Shown: positions 28,217 to 42,164 of the stretch, piece after piece
Numbering within the stretch: position 1 is the stretch's first letter
How the letters are laid out: each line of letters opens with the position of its first letter
Notes under the pieces: generated by a model
Seen by the model: the letters and a program-made list of their open reading frames with translations, nothing else
Told to the model about the DNA's origin: nothing
Database searches by the model: none
Source: Octopus bimaculoides
Lineage: Eukaryota
Assembly (NCBI RefSeq): GCF_001194135.2
Contig: NC_069006.1
Span: 4,565,436-4,629,435, forward strand
DNA: 64,000 bases
Direction: 5' to 3'
Made by a program: the position numbers and the translations under genes

Positions 28217-29742
28217 ATTCATTTATTAGAAATTGAAACTTCACTCCGTCTCTTCTCTGGGTTTTACATTTTGCAGATCTATAAGATGGCCGATGGGAGA
28301 CTTAACCCTTTTGCTACAAACTGCTTGAGAGTGATCCTTAGTTCTATGATTCAAACTGTTTGTTTTAACCCTTCAGCATTCACATTACTCCTCTGTCAAA
28401 TGTAATGTTTATTTATTCACATTGTTTTGAATTAATCATCCGGCATCTTGAAGCTTTGAGATTTTGATGATGTGATTGCTTATTTTTTAGAATGACATTA
28501 TAGGGTAGGTGTGAGAGGCCAGATCTGGCTGGTTTGAACATAAAACATGTAGAATATTTAGGCTGGATGTGGCTGGTTTAAATGCTAAAGGGTTAAAGTA
28601 ATCTAAATCAAAACCTTCCACTAAAATTTCATTTTAATTTATGTTCCAAAATTTCATCTTAATAATGAGTTATTTTACTAAATTCTTCATTATTTTCCAA
28701 ATAAATTGTAACAAAGGCAGTGTATTTCAACAGAAATATGGTAACAAAAGGGTTAAAGTGATCTAAATTAAAACCTTCCATCAAAATTTCACATTAATTT
28801 ATGATCCAAACACCAGTTTATTAACAACAGTTATTTTACTGAGTTCTTCGTTATTTTCAAAATAAATTGAAACACCAGCAGTGAATTTCAGCAGAAATTT
28901 GATTTAAAAAAAAAAAAAAAGGATCAAATTGTAAAAATTTTATTAGACACATCGATTCAATCATTTTATCGGTCATGTTTAAGTTGTTTTGTGGCAACAA
29001 GTCTTAGAATGGCAAGTCAGTCATTTCTATTGCTGCTTTAATCTTTTTAGTTTCTGGCACTGCTACTACTAACCTATTTTAAACCTATGATGTTCAGATG
29101 TTAACCCTTTTCTAACTGAATTAAATTTTACGTAAATAATTTGCTCTCATGTCTGCATATCGACATGATCTCCTACTTGTTGAATGTGTCAGTCAGCTGC
29201 ATTTCCTGTAATATTTAAAATAAGCATTCAGCAGACACCCTTATGTGAGAAGGATAGCTTCTCTATCTGACTAGTTTATTTTATCAAGTAATAGTGTTCT
29301 TCAACTTCCAAATATGTGTCTTGCCTGCATTGTGGAAGAAGTGCATACTCTGGGTGTGCTGTGCCTTTAATGTGGCACTTCTTTAGAAAAACAAGAGACA
29401 CTTTTAAGATCAAAAACAGGCCAAATGTAGTTTATGATATCATAAGCAGTCAGTAGATCAATAGTTCGAATATAGATCCATAATAGAGTTCTCCGCCATT
29501 TTTTGCCTATGGCCCCTTTTGATCCCTATTTTGCCCAGATGAACCCTCATGGCAATTTGATGTTTAAAAAATTCTGTTATAGGCACAGGAGTGGCTGTGT
29601 GGTAAGAAGCTTGCTTCCCAACCACATGGTTCTGGATTCAGTCCCTTTGCGTGGCACCTTGGGTAAGTGTCTTCTACTATAACCTCAGGCCAACCAAAGC
29701 CTTGTGAGTGGATTTGGTAGACGGAAACTGAAAGAAGCCCGT

Positions 29743-29831
<89 letters not shown>

Positions 29832-31524
29832 CTGTGTTTGTTCTCCCTCCACCATCACTTGATAACTGATGTTTGTGTCCCTGTAACTTAGCATTTCGGT
29901 AAAAGTGACCGATAGAATAAGTACTAGGCTTACAAAGAATAAGTCCTGGGGTCGATTTGTTTGACTAAAGGCGGTGCTCCAGCATGGCCACAGTCAAATA
30001 ACTAAAACAATTAAGAGAATACTTTCACAATTAAATATTATCAGAAACTATATTAAAAAATTTGTAAAAATATTTTATGTATCATAGAAATATAACCAAT
30101 TTATTGCTGATAAATTTTAACAGTAAAATCTTATATGGACCCTGGTTGAGAACTACTGATATAGGCTATGAATAGGTCAATAGGTTGTGAGCCATCACAG
30201 CAGCAGAAACAGCTTACTTCCCACTCTAAGATCTCCTGCCACAAAGAAAAAGACCATGAAGTAGAACAGAAATTAACAAATGGGAAACTCCAGCTTCCAG
30301 TAAATGAAGAAATAGTTCTGCAGTTTGGATTGCATATTCTCTTCCTCATTTAGTTCACACACTCCAACACACCATACATAGACACATGCATACACATACA
30401 TATATATATATATGTGTGTGTGTGTGGGTGTGTCAGTAATCGTTCTGTAGTGATCTCTCATTTTTCCGTCCCATAATTACTGCAAAGCTTCCTGTTTGTA
30501 AAAAAAAATAATTAAAAAAAAAATAAAGAAAATTATATACTTATATATATTTGTGCATCTATGCATGTGCATCATATATGCATTTGTTTTCTCTTGCACC
30601 ATATGTGTATATAAAGTGTTGAATAATTCTGCAATGTATGTAAAATAAAACCTATGTATCTGCGTGTGTGTGTGTGCGTGCGTGTGTATTTTTAATGTTC
30701 ACTTTTCCATGCTTGCATGGGTCTGACAAAATTTGTTGCAAAAATTTTCCCTAGCCAGATGCTCTTCCTGTCACCAACCCTTGTCTGCTTCCAAATAAGA
30801 TAATATTTTCTGTAGTCCTTTGAACAATGAGCTCCTTGACAGCTGGAAATGCTGTCATGGAAGATTGCAAACGAAGGACATCGTTTGCTGGTGGATTTTG
30901 TTTACATTTAGAATGCGTGTCATGAAAAGGGGTATGCATATACACACAAACATAAATAAATGCACTCACACACACAGATAAATATATATATACACATACA
31001 CATATACACACGTATACATAATGTGTGTGCACAAACACACACATAATGCTTCTTTCAGGTTCTGTTCTGTCCACCCAATTCCACTCACAAACCAAATGTC
31101 AATCCATACTGGTATTTAGAAGATACCAACCATGTCTGCTGTGGTGTGCTGTGGGAATGAACTCTGGGCCCTGTAGTTCTAAAACAGACTTCTTATCTTC
31201 ACATCCATGCCTGTTTTGTGTGTGTGTGTGTAATTTCCAGACAAGTACATCTCCAATATATGTGTGTGTGTGTGTGTTTATACACGTATAATATGTGTGT
31301 AAATATATATATATATATTATTTGATAAACACAATACATATTTTTTTTTGCTATTAATAGTTTCATGTGCTGAGAACATGTCAAACAATGTTTTATAATG
31401 CGTCTGACATCTTGGTACAGTCTTCAGGCACAGCCCACATGATATAATGGACTAAATAATTTTAAATAATATCTCATTAAATGGAGTACTTTTTTTTCTT
31501 GATTTTACTATCATGGAACAATAC

Positions 31525-31580
<56 letters not shown>

Positions 31581-31931
31581 NNNNNNNNNNNNNNNNNNNN
31601 NNNNNNNNNNNNNNNNNNNNNNNNNNNNNNNNNNNNNNNNNNNNNNNNNNNNNNNNNNNNNNNNNNNNNNNNNNNNNNNNNNNNNNNNNNNNNNNNNNNN
31701 NNNNNNNNNNNNNNNNNNNNNNNNNNNNNNNNNNNNNNNNNNNNNNNNNNNNNNNNNNNNNNNNNNNNNNNNNNNNNNNNNNNNNNNNNNNNNNNNNNNN
31801 NNNNNNNNNNNNNNNNNNNNNNNNNNNNNNNNNNNNNNNNNNNNNNNNNNNNNNNNNNNNNNNNNNNNNNNNNNNNNNNNNNNNNNNNNNNNNNNNNNNN
31901 NNNNNNNNNNNNNNNNNNNNNNNNNNNNNNN

Positions 31932-31976
<45 letters not shown>

Positions 31977-33177
31977 CACAGACATAAACATATATGTACC
32001 CACACATATACACAAATGTACAAATATATATAACATGTATATACACAGACATACATATATACACAAAAACATGTACAAATATATATAACAAGTACACATA
32101 CACACACACACACACATATAATCAGACGTGTTAATATATACACACAAACATATGTACACACACACACATGTATATACAGACATAAACATATACATATATA
32201 TACAGACATGTATATACATGCAAATATAAGTACAAATATATATAACATGTACACACACACACACACACACACACGTAATTTCCTTTAGCGATGGTGGGTT
32301 TAGCAGATCACATCAATCTTTGCAGTTGTTTCGGTTATGGTGTTTGTTTATTGTTTTAATCTTTGTTTTATCAAATCTCCAAGGTATGTAATGTAGACAC
32401 AGCATAAATAACACTGGTTTTTACTCTATCATAATTACAAATCCAGACACATACCACCACAACCCCTGTATGCTGTTTTTTATATTCAATGTCTTGACGA
32501 ACAACCATGATGTAACTGCTGTCTATTGTTGTCTTTCTTTCAATACTCCATCCTGCTCTCTCTCGCTTTCTCTCTCTCTCTCTCTCTCCCCTTTTCACTC
32601 TCACTGTTTCTCCAGTCTTACCCACACTCTGTCTTCTTTCATTCTCTCTCTGTCATCCCTCACTCTTCTGTTTACCCTCTTAGTCAGAAATGCCCTGAAT
32701 GAACGGAGAAAATATATACAGTAAAGAAGACTCTTTGGTATTGCTGAGGGCAAAGCAAACTCTTTAGAGCTGGTGCCATGATAAATGTACACAATACACT
32801 CTGTGAAGTATTTGGTATTAGGATAGGCATGCAACCATAGAAATGGTGCCAAAAACGCAATGTATAAGCAAGACATGCTCCCTCTGCCCCATCTGGGAGT
32901 TCTATAACTCCAAGTCAGAAGATACAGACCATGACAAACTGTCCAACCCATGCCAGCATAGGAAGCAGACATACGAAGATGATGATGATGATGATGTTTA
33001 TACATTATATATAATATATATTATTCATTGGCAGAAATTATAGAGTGACTCAAGGGTTGAGAGCTTTGTCCATAGATATGTTACTAAACTGGTCTCAAAT
33101 TATAATTCATTAATGATAAGTGTATATGTGTGTGTGTGTGTGTATATATATATATGTAGGTGTGTGTGTATGTGTAA

Positions 33178-33216
<39 letters not shown>

Positions 33217-33220
33217 TATA

Positions 33221-33795
33221 CAGGATGGCCCAAAAGTAGGTTTACAGTTGTCACGTAGGCACTTTAAATTTCTTTTCAAACATTTTATTACATTGAAATT
33301 TCTATCTTACAATCATATTGTTTATGCACATCTTAAGCAGACAATGTTTAATCTCTCAGATGCTCAAAATGTCCTCTTTCAATATTGCAACATTCTTCAA
33401 ACCTCTTCAGAACACTCTGACACACACAGTGCAACACAAATTCCGATCTCCATCAGTTTCAGTGAATGCATCAGAAATGTAATCTTTTAATTCATTTACC
33501 GTTTTGGGATTCTTCTCATAAACCTTGTTCTTTACAATAACCCCAGGAAAAGAAATCCATTGGTGTCAGGTGAGGTGAACATGGTGGCCCTTCGATGCTG
33601 CCCCGTCTTCGAAACCAATACTATGAAAAGGCTTGGTTAAGGTAGTCTTTTACTGTCATCACATAATGTGGAGGTGGCTAAATAATCTTGCTGAATAATG
33701 GTTTCATATATTTTTATAATTAAGATCTAAACTGTTAATATATGAATGCGAAAGAGATAGTTGAACAACTGTAAACCTACCTTTGGGCCACCCTG
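33221..33795 (-). mobile_element. Internally deleted Tc1/mariner-superfamily (maT/DD37D-like) element with transposase C-terminal remnant
   Basis: TA-flanked TIRs cagg.tggcccaaaagtaggtttacagttgt. Minus strand GPPCSPHLTPMDFFSWG / KNKVYEKNPKTVNELKDYI..GHFEHL. Confidence 0.85.
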
Positions 33796-33841
33796 TATAT
33801 GTATATATATATATACATATGTGTGTGTATATATATATATA

Positions 33842-34054
33842 CAAGGTGACCCAAAAGTAGGTTTACAGTTGTCACGTAGGCACTTTAAATTTCTTTTTAA
33901 ACATTTTATTACATTTAAATTTCTATCTTACAATTAACTAAATTAGTTTAGAGTAATGGTTTCATATATTTTTTATAATTAAGATCTAAATTGTTTATAT
34001 ATGAATGCAAAAGAGATAGTTGAACAACTGTAAACCTACCTTTGGGCCACCTTA
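33842..34054. mobile_element. ~210-bp MITE derivative of the adjacent 33221-33795 element
   Basis: Same TIRs and subterminal sequence, interior removed. Confidence 0.85.
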
Positions 34055-34056
34055 TA

Positions 34057-34098
<42 letters not shown>

Positions 34099-35136
34099 CA
34101 CACACACAACACACACTCATGTTTTGTGTTCTATTTTCCTGTTTGCATCACCAAATGGGTGTATGTATACATATATATATATATATATAGTTATATCAGT
34201 GTAGGGTGTAAACTTGTACATTCAAGCAGAAATAACTTTCATTATTAAGGCAGTGAGCTGGCATAATCATTAGCATGCTGGGCAAAATGCTTAGCGGCAT
34301 TCCATCTGACTTCACGTTCTGAGTTCAAATTCTGCTGAGGTCAACTTTGCCTTTCGTCTTTTGAGGGTTGATAAAATAAATACCAGTTACACACTGGGGT
34401 CGGTGCTCTCCCCCAAAATGTCAGGCCTTGTACCTTTGGTAGAAAGTATTATCTAGTTAGATTTGAGTTACCTGCCCCTTTCATCCAACTTGTGTTTCAA
34501 ACCTCACAAGATTGAGTTTGATGAAACAAGTACCAGACAAAGTGAAGGGGGGGGGGGTCAATTTAATCAACTGAAACCTGTGCTCCAGCCTGGTGATGGT
34601 TCCGTGACTGCAGTCATTGAAAGAATAGAGAAGTAGTGGCTGTAATGAGATTTAAGATGTCTGTGTTGATCTGCATTGATAAATGTTGATGAGGAAAAAT
34701 GAGTGTAAACCAGAGCAAAAGAGAATATGTGAATGGCATTGAATAGACACATCGTTAATTTATTAGGCATAGAATAGAAAATTATATGTGTGTGTGTGTG
34801 TGCATGTGTATGTATGTATACATAGGTATACAGGCACACATGCATATACATTATTATCTGGGTAAAAGGCAGTGAGCTGGCAGACACGTTAGCACGCCAG
34901 GCAAAATGCTTTGTAGTATTTCATCTGTCTTTATGTTCTGAGTTCAAATTCTGCCGAGGTTGAGTTTGCCTTTCATCCTTTCAAGGTCGATAGATTAAGT
35001 AACAGTTGCATACTGGGATTGATCTAATTGACAGGACCCCTCCCCAAAATTTCAGGCCTTGTTACTAGAGTAGAAAAGATTATTATCTGGATAAATTACC
35101 TTATAATGTGCATAAGTTTATATCGGTGTGTGTGTG

Positions 35137-35234
<98 letters not shown>

Positions 35235-35452
35235 TATATATGGGTATAAGCAGTAGCTGGGGACACTTGCAGTTGCCCAGGGGCCACACAGGTTTAGCAG
35301 GGCCCTGTTCAGATCTATATATGTTGTGACTTGCTGTCAATAAATGAATACTTTAGGGCCCAAAGCACTGATTTCCCTGGTGGCCTATATTGCTGTGAAT
35401 AAGAGCCCTGACTATATATATGTGTGTGTGTGTATCACAATATTTCTCTGCA

Positions 35453-35531
35453 TACAGGGTGTTCAAAAAGTCTCTCAGCAGTAAGTATCTTATAGCAAAA
35501 TATTCACTGTGGCGAGACTTTTTGAACACCC

Positions 35532-35533
<2 letters not shown>
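35453..35533. mobile_element. Minimal (~80 bp) Tc1/mariner-type MITE
   Basis: tacagggtgttcaaaaagtct / agactttttgaacaccctgt TIRs. Confidence 0.7.
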
Positions 35534-35592
<59 letters not shown>

Positions 35593-36608
35593 ATGTGTGT
35601 GTGTCAGGTACCCGACTTCAAATGCAGCTTGATATATTAATTACAGTGGTAATTAATCTCTTTAATAAGTGATAATTATAGTTAGACTGTCTTGTAGTGA
35701 GTCTGATTTCTTCTCTCTCTTTCTGTCTCTCTCTCTCTTTCTGTCTCTCTCTCTTTCTGTCTCTGTCTCTCTCTCTTTCTATTTCTATCTGATTAGACTT
35801 CGGTCAGATCTGGAGAAGGATGGATTTCACATGATCTAAAAGTATCTAAGTGATGCTGTGTGTTGTGATAGCCCCCCCCCCACTAGGAATCTACCCAAAG
35901 AGTTAAGTCCCCACTCAAATGCGAGAATTCTGCATGACGATTTTATATATTCAATAAATAGTTGTAAAAATTAAAAACTTACTAAAATTAATCCTAGTAA
36001 TAGTTCTATATGCATTAGACTGTAACAAGTCTACACACATGTACACACAGCTACACTGGCACACACATACATAAGAATATATGCACATATATATATGCAC
36101 ATATGGTGATACTCTGTCTGTTACGAAGAGGAGGGTTGCAATTGATTCGATCAACGGAACAGCCTGCTCATGAAATTAATGTGCAAATGGCTGAGCACTC
36201 CACAGACATGTGTACCCTGAACATAGGTCTCTGGGAGATTCAGCGTGACACAGAGTGTGACAAGGCTAGCCCTTTGAAAATATAGGTACAACAGAAACAG
36301 GAAGAAAGTATGAGAGAAAGTTGTGGTGAAAGAGTACAGCAGGGTCCACCATTACCCCGCTTGCCGGAGCGTCGTGGAGCTTTTTTGGCGTTTTTGCTCA
36401 ATAAACACTCACAACGCCTGGTTTGGGAATCGAAACCATGATCCCACGAGCACGAGTTCATTGGCCTAACCACTGGGCCATTGCGCTTCCACTATATTCA
36501 CATACACATATGCACACACACACATACATGTATATATTGACCTTATTTATTCACACTCCATACATACATTTCATACGCTATTAGGTTTTCCACCAAAGCA
36601 ACATGTAA

Positions 36609-36646
<38 letters not shown>

Positions 36647-37118
36647 GGACGTATGTGTGTGTATAACAAAGTAATTGGAAATATTTTTAATGTAAAATAA
36701 ATAAATACTGCCACTGTTTCTAAATGTTTCTAGGTTAATTTGAAGAAGGAATATGGATAAATTCTCTGTGATGCTTGGTTTGGTCTGGTTTGTCCTCCAT
36801 TGGCTCCAGTGAACTAGAAGCTGTGTTTAGAGTTGTTCTGCTGATTTTCTTGTTTTGGCCTCTTCTATTGTTGTTAAGAAATGTCTACCACATTACACAT
36901 GCAGGATACTTATACATACACATAGTTACACAATCACACACACACACACACACACACATTCATTGGGACTCAGTGCAACCCACTGGCTCAGCAGTTCCTG
37001 TTAAAGTGTCCAATCCATGCCAGCATGAAAAAGAGACATTAAATGATGATGATGATGATGATGATATATACATGTATATATATGTGTGTGTGTGTGTGTA
37101 GATATATACATACATACT

Positions 37119-37172
<54 letters not shown>

Positions 37173-37876
37173 TATGTACATATATATACTTTATTTAAAA
37201 GCAGCAGAAATATAACAAAAGCTGTTACTCAGAGTTTCATGTCCGACAAACGGGAACGTGAAACTCTGAGTAACAGCTTTTGTTATATTTCTGCTGCTTT
37301 TAAATAAAGCATATTACTCTACCTCCGGTATTTGAATACTCTTTTTTCCACCTTGTTGCACATTTATGTGCTTACTCCGGTATACATATATATATATATA
37401 TGTATATTTATTTATATATATTTGGGTCTCACAGAGGTGATGACATGTGACCAAGAACTTTGGTGATACGCTGTGCCTGAGAAGACTCATCAAGTCAAGC
37501 GAAATCGTAATCATAGCCAATGCCGGTGTCACATAACCGGTACCCGTGCTAGTGGCACATAAAAGCAACTGTGCTAGTGGCATGTAAAAATCACCCGTTA
37601 CACTTCTGGAGTGGTTGGCATTAGGAAGGGCCTTCAGCTGTTGAAACCATGTCAAATCAGGCTGGAACCTGGTGCAGCTCTCCAGTGTTCCAGCTCTGGT
37701 CAGATTGTCTAACTCATGCCAGCATGGAAGACGGATGTTAAATGAGGATGATGGCAACTAGTATTTCTTGTGCATACAGTTAGATGTTTGACTGCTACTT
37801 GTGAGTTACCACAATGGTGAAACATATGTAGGGAACAAATGATGTAATCTGCATCTTGTGTTTATCATACTTTTTC

Positions 37877-37922
<46 letters not shown>

Positions 37923-38133
37923 TAATAACACTTTGACTTGGTTCCATATGATTTAACATTTCATGGACAAATAGGATGGACCCATCACATTAGATATTAA
38001 GAGAAGAGTCTTCTGATATCTGAGAAAATGGGTTCATCTTATGTACTCATGAAATTTAAGTCGGACTGTTATTCAAAACATGTAATTTCTACCAAATGTG
38101 TTGAGGACCACTTTCTTTCATTTGTCCACTTAC

Positions 38134-38164
<31 letters not shown>

Positions 38165-38422
38165 ATATTTAACGCAATTGTTGGTTATGGTTGGTCAGGG
38201 TTTTACCATAGGTTTCACACCTATTATGCTCTTAGCAATTATAAAAACAAAAGGGCGAGTCACCTATATCGCTAAGAGCATAATAGGTGTGAAACTAATG
38301 GTAAGTCATTGACTGGCCAGAACCAACCATTAAATATTACTGCTCAAAGGATTTCAGAGATGAGCTTCTTCTCAGACATGAACAATTGACCGATTATATA
38401 CATATATATATATATATACATA

Positions 38423-38498
<76 letters not shown>

Positions 38499-40172
38499 CA
38501 TGTGTGTGTGTGTGTGTATAAGCAGTATAATTTTCTAAACAACCAAACAAAAGCAGAAATATTATTGAACTAAGAAAAAAAAAAATTTAATTCCAAACCT
38601 AATTATGCTCCTCTTTTAACCATTTTTAAAAATTAGACTTTTATTCCATGTTTCTTTATTAATCCTATTCATTTCGTTTGGAACAATATATTTCCAAGTC
38701 CGTTAACATTTCAAGAACTTCCTGGTCGTCTCTTCTGAGTGAAATGATTTTCATGCTTCTTGTTGTTGTTGTTGTTACCATTTTATTCTCAACAAGAATT
38801 GTAAGGAGGTGGACTGGCAGAATTGGTAGAACATAAAAAAAAATTTTTAGACGCTTTGCAGTGTTTTTGTTCCGATTCTGTACTTTGTGAATTTGAAAAC
38901 TGCCAAGGTGAACTTTGCCTTTCATCCATCTGGGTGTTGATAAAATAAAGTACCAGTAAACTACTGGGGTCGATGATATTGACTAACTAATCCCTCCCCT
39001 CAAAAATTGCTGGCCTTGTGCCTAAATCTGAAACTATCATGTCAGGTTTTGAAAAGGTGTTGAGCTGCAGAATCGGTAGAGAGTCAGAAAAAATGCTTTG
39101 TAGTATTTCTTCTGACTCTTTCCATTGTAAGTTCAAAACCCATCAGGGCCAACATTGCTTTCCATCCGTCTCTGGGTGAGAAAATAAAGTACCAGGCAAC
39201 TAGTATCAACCAACCACAATCCCTTCAGAATTGTTGGCTTCGTTGCCTCAATCAGATACCATTAATTAACAAGAATCATGAGAATACTCTCGTTTCTGTT
39301 TCTCATTCATTATTGCTGGACTTAAAACTTTTTTCAGCATTGAGTTGTGATTTCTTCACTAAATAGTTTGGCCGTGCCATTTGCTGTTAGTCTCTTTTGC
39401 TTGAGCGTTCTATCCATTTGTTGAATTTTGCATTAAATTTTGGCATTTAACCTGCATCCATTACAAATCTAGTTTGGATACGGAAACTCTATGTAAGGTG
39501 GCTGTGTTTTTCTATCTAGCTTTGTGTTGTGTTCTATATATATATATGTATGTATGTATTTTGCTTAGCCATTGCAAGACTAATAACCTGGTGTAGAACT
39601 CAATATACATATGGTCCAGAACACAATGTTAGATGAGTATAGGAACAAAGGTTATGTAATGAACTTCATTAGGTTATAGCTGTTTCTGCTATCAGATGTG
39701 GAGGACTCTTAGTTGAGTACCTGGGTAACATCCAATAGCTTCACCAGAGCTTTGAATAATGAATGAAGTTCATTACATAAACTTTGCTTTTTCTAGTGTC
39801 ATCTCTTTATATGTATGTACGTATGGATGTACGTACGTTTGTATGTATAATCATTGTAGCAGAGCATACTTTGAATTTCCCCATCATCCATGTTAAAAGC
39901 ATTCTTCTTACCAACAGGAATTGTACAATTATCTAATGAGAACATACCTTCTAAAATGGCTGAGGAGAAATTCGAAGGAATTCTTTGGTACAATGGTAGA
40001 ACATCTGCTATGTTTACAGATGAAATGAGTTCAAGTCCCTTCCACAAGCAGCCTTCGTCTTTTTCTGCCCAAACAGTTTTTTTTTTTCAAACTTGCTATG
40101 ATTTATAGCTTTATCTACAAGTTCCACTGTAAAAAAATTATTTCACATTGCTCAAAGTTTCTGATTTGTATA

Positions 40173-40222
<50 letters not shown>

Positions 40223-41406
40223 TATATGTGTGTATATATATATGAATGTTTGTATGTACTGTATTGTTATCCATTGTTATGGCTGCTTCTTACTGTAAAA
40301 GCATGGCCACAGCTTAACAAAGCGTGATACTTATATGTTCGATGGAACTTACAATTGCAAAAGCAATGAAGCTTAGAATTCTCCATGCGTGCATATAAAT
40401 TTATAATCCTAGTGGACATTTTGAAGTTTCTTCAGCTGCCTCACACTTGTGAATTGTTTTGAAGATGAGGCTAAACGTGTTTGCGTTTTTGTACACTATG
40501 AATTAGTTCGTGCTTGTGTTTATGTTTTAATGCAGTTATAAAGAAATTTCATCAAAATGAATTGTAACAAATTCATCTGTTCTATAGCCATGATGGCTTT
40601 GGTTTTCTTTAAACAAAAAGCATCCTGGTTGTGAAACTATATAACTATATGCATCCTTGTATGTGATTAGTTTATTTTCATTGAGCATTGTATTATTTTA
40701 TTTTTGCATGCATGCATGCATACATACATACATACATACATACATACATACATACATACATACATACATACATACATACATACATACATACATACATNNN
40801 NNNNNNNTACATACATACATACATACATACATACATGCATGCATGCATGCATGCATGCATGCATGCATGCAAACAAGACAAGTGATATTTTGAAAACATT
40901 TAATACATATGTTTCAGATCATTACATAATATATAATAGAGAATATATCCCTTACACAAGATCTTCCTCAGTTAATATATTTTAAAATATTTTGAAATTT
41001 ATTAACTGAGGAAAGTCTAGCATTAGAAATGTTTTTTCTATTATATATTATGCAATGGTCTGAAATGTACATATTAAATGCTTTCAAAATATTGTTATTT
41101 GGTTTAATTTCAATATTTTAATTGATACGACTTGATGTCAGTACAGACTAGCTTGTCCTGACTCCATTAACATGGATATTCTAATGAGGATTTGGAGTAA
41201 TTTGTTCCATTTGACTGGAGTCAGAAATTCTGATATTGTGCATCGTTTCTAAGCATAACACAAATATATTGTTTTCAATTTATTTCTCTATTGATGCATA
41301 ATTGTACACAAAACATAACCAGACAAAGGAAAACAACTATTTGTGAATAACAAGTTCAAATAACCCTGAAAATTAAGATTTGTCTTGGAAGCTATATATA
41401 CATGCA

Positions 41407-41454
<48 letters not shown>

Positions 41455-42001
41455 AGCAAGTTGTCTAAAAGTCCATAGGTCTTGTATATCTGTTTATAGA
41501 GTGGGTATATTATCCAAAGTGTTCATCCATCATAGCTGATCTTACCAATTGGTTTCGTGCTAGGGGTACAATGGAGTGTAAGTTAACAATCCAATTGTAT
41601 AACCCTATGCTCATCAGAGGTAGCTGATATGGAATGAAATACGGTGACTATATATACACACATACACACTATTTATTTGTGGATTAACAATGCTATCAAT
41701 GCTTTCATGTAGGAAAATTGTGCAGTGTTTAAGCATTCTACTTAAGAATGTTGGTGTAGTCTATCTCCATCTTGGACAAGACTGCAAATAATCCACAAAG
41801 GAAGGATATGTTTATTTATTTACCAACCCAATGCAGTGTTTAGTGCTCCTTCTAACTATCTGCCATTACTGTGTGAGTGTGTATGTATGTGTGTGTATAT
41901 ATATATACATAAAAAATTTAGATTCAAAATTGAATGTGGCACTTAAGTTTAGGCACCAGAATATAGTATGGTATTATCCAAACAATTCCAAAAATCAAAA
42001 A

Positions 42002-42164
42002 AAGCAACACGGATTTTAAAGGTTTTTGCAGTACACACGTTTCATGCTACTCCTTTTATTTAAGTAATGCAAGTTTTGCATTTAATGTAATGCTCACATT
42101 ACTTAAATAAATGGAGTAGCATGAAACGTGTGTACTGCAATAACCTTAAAAATCCGTGTTGCTT
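42002..42164. repeat. Long inverted repeat (~68-bp arms)
   Basis: aagcaacacggatttt...ttatttaagtaatg / cattacttaaataa...aaaatccgtgttgctt. Confidence 0.85.
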
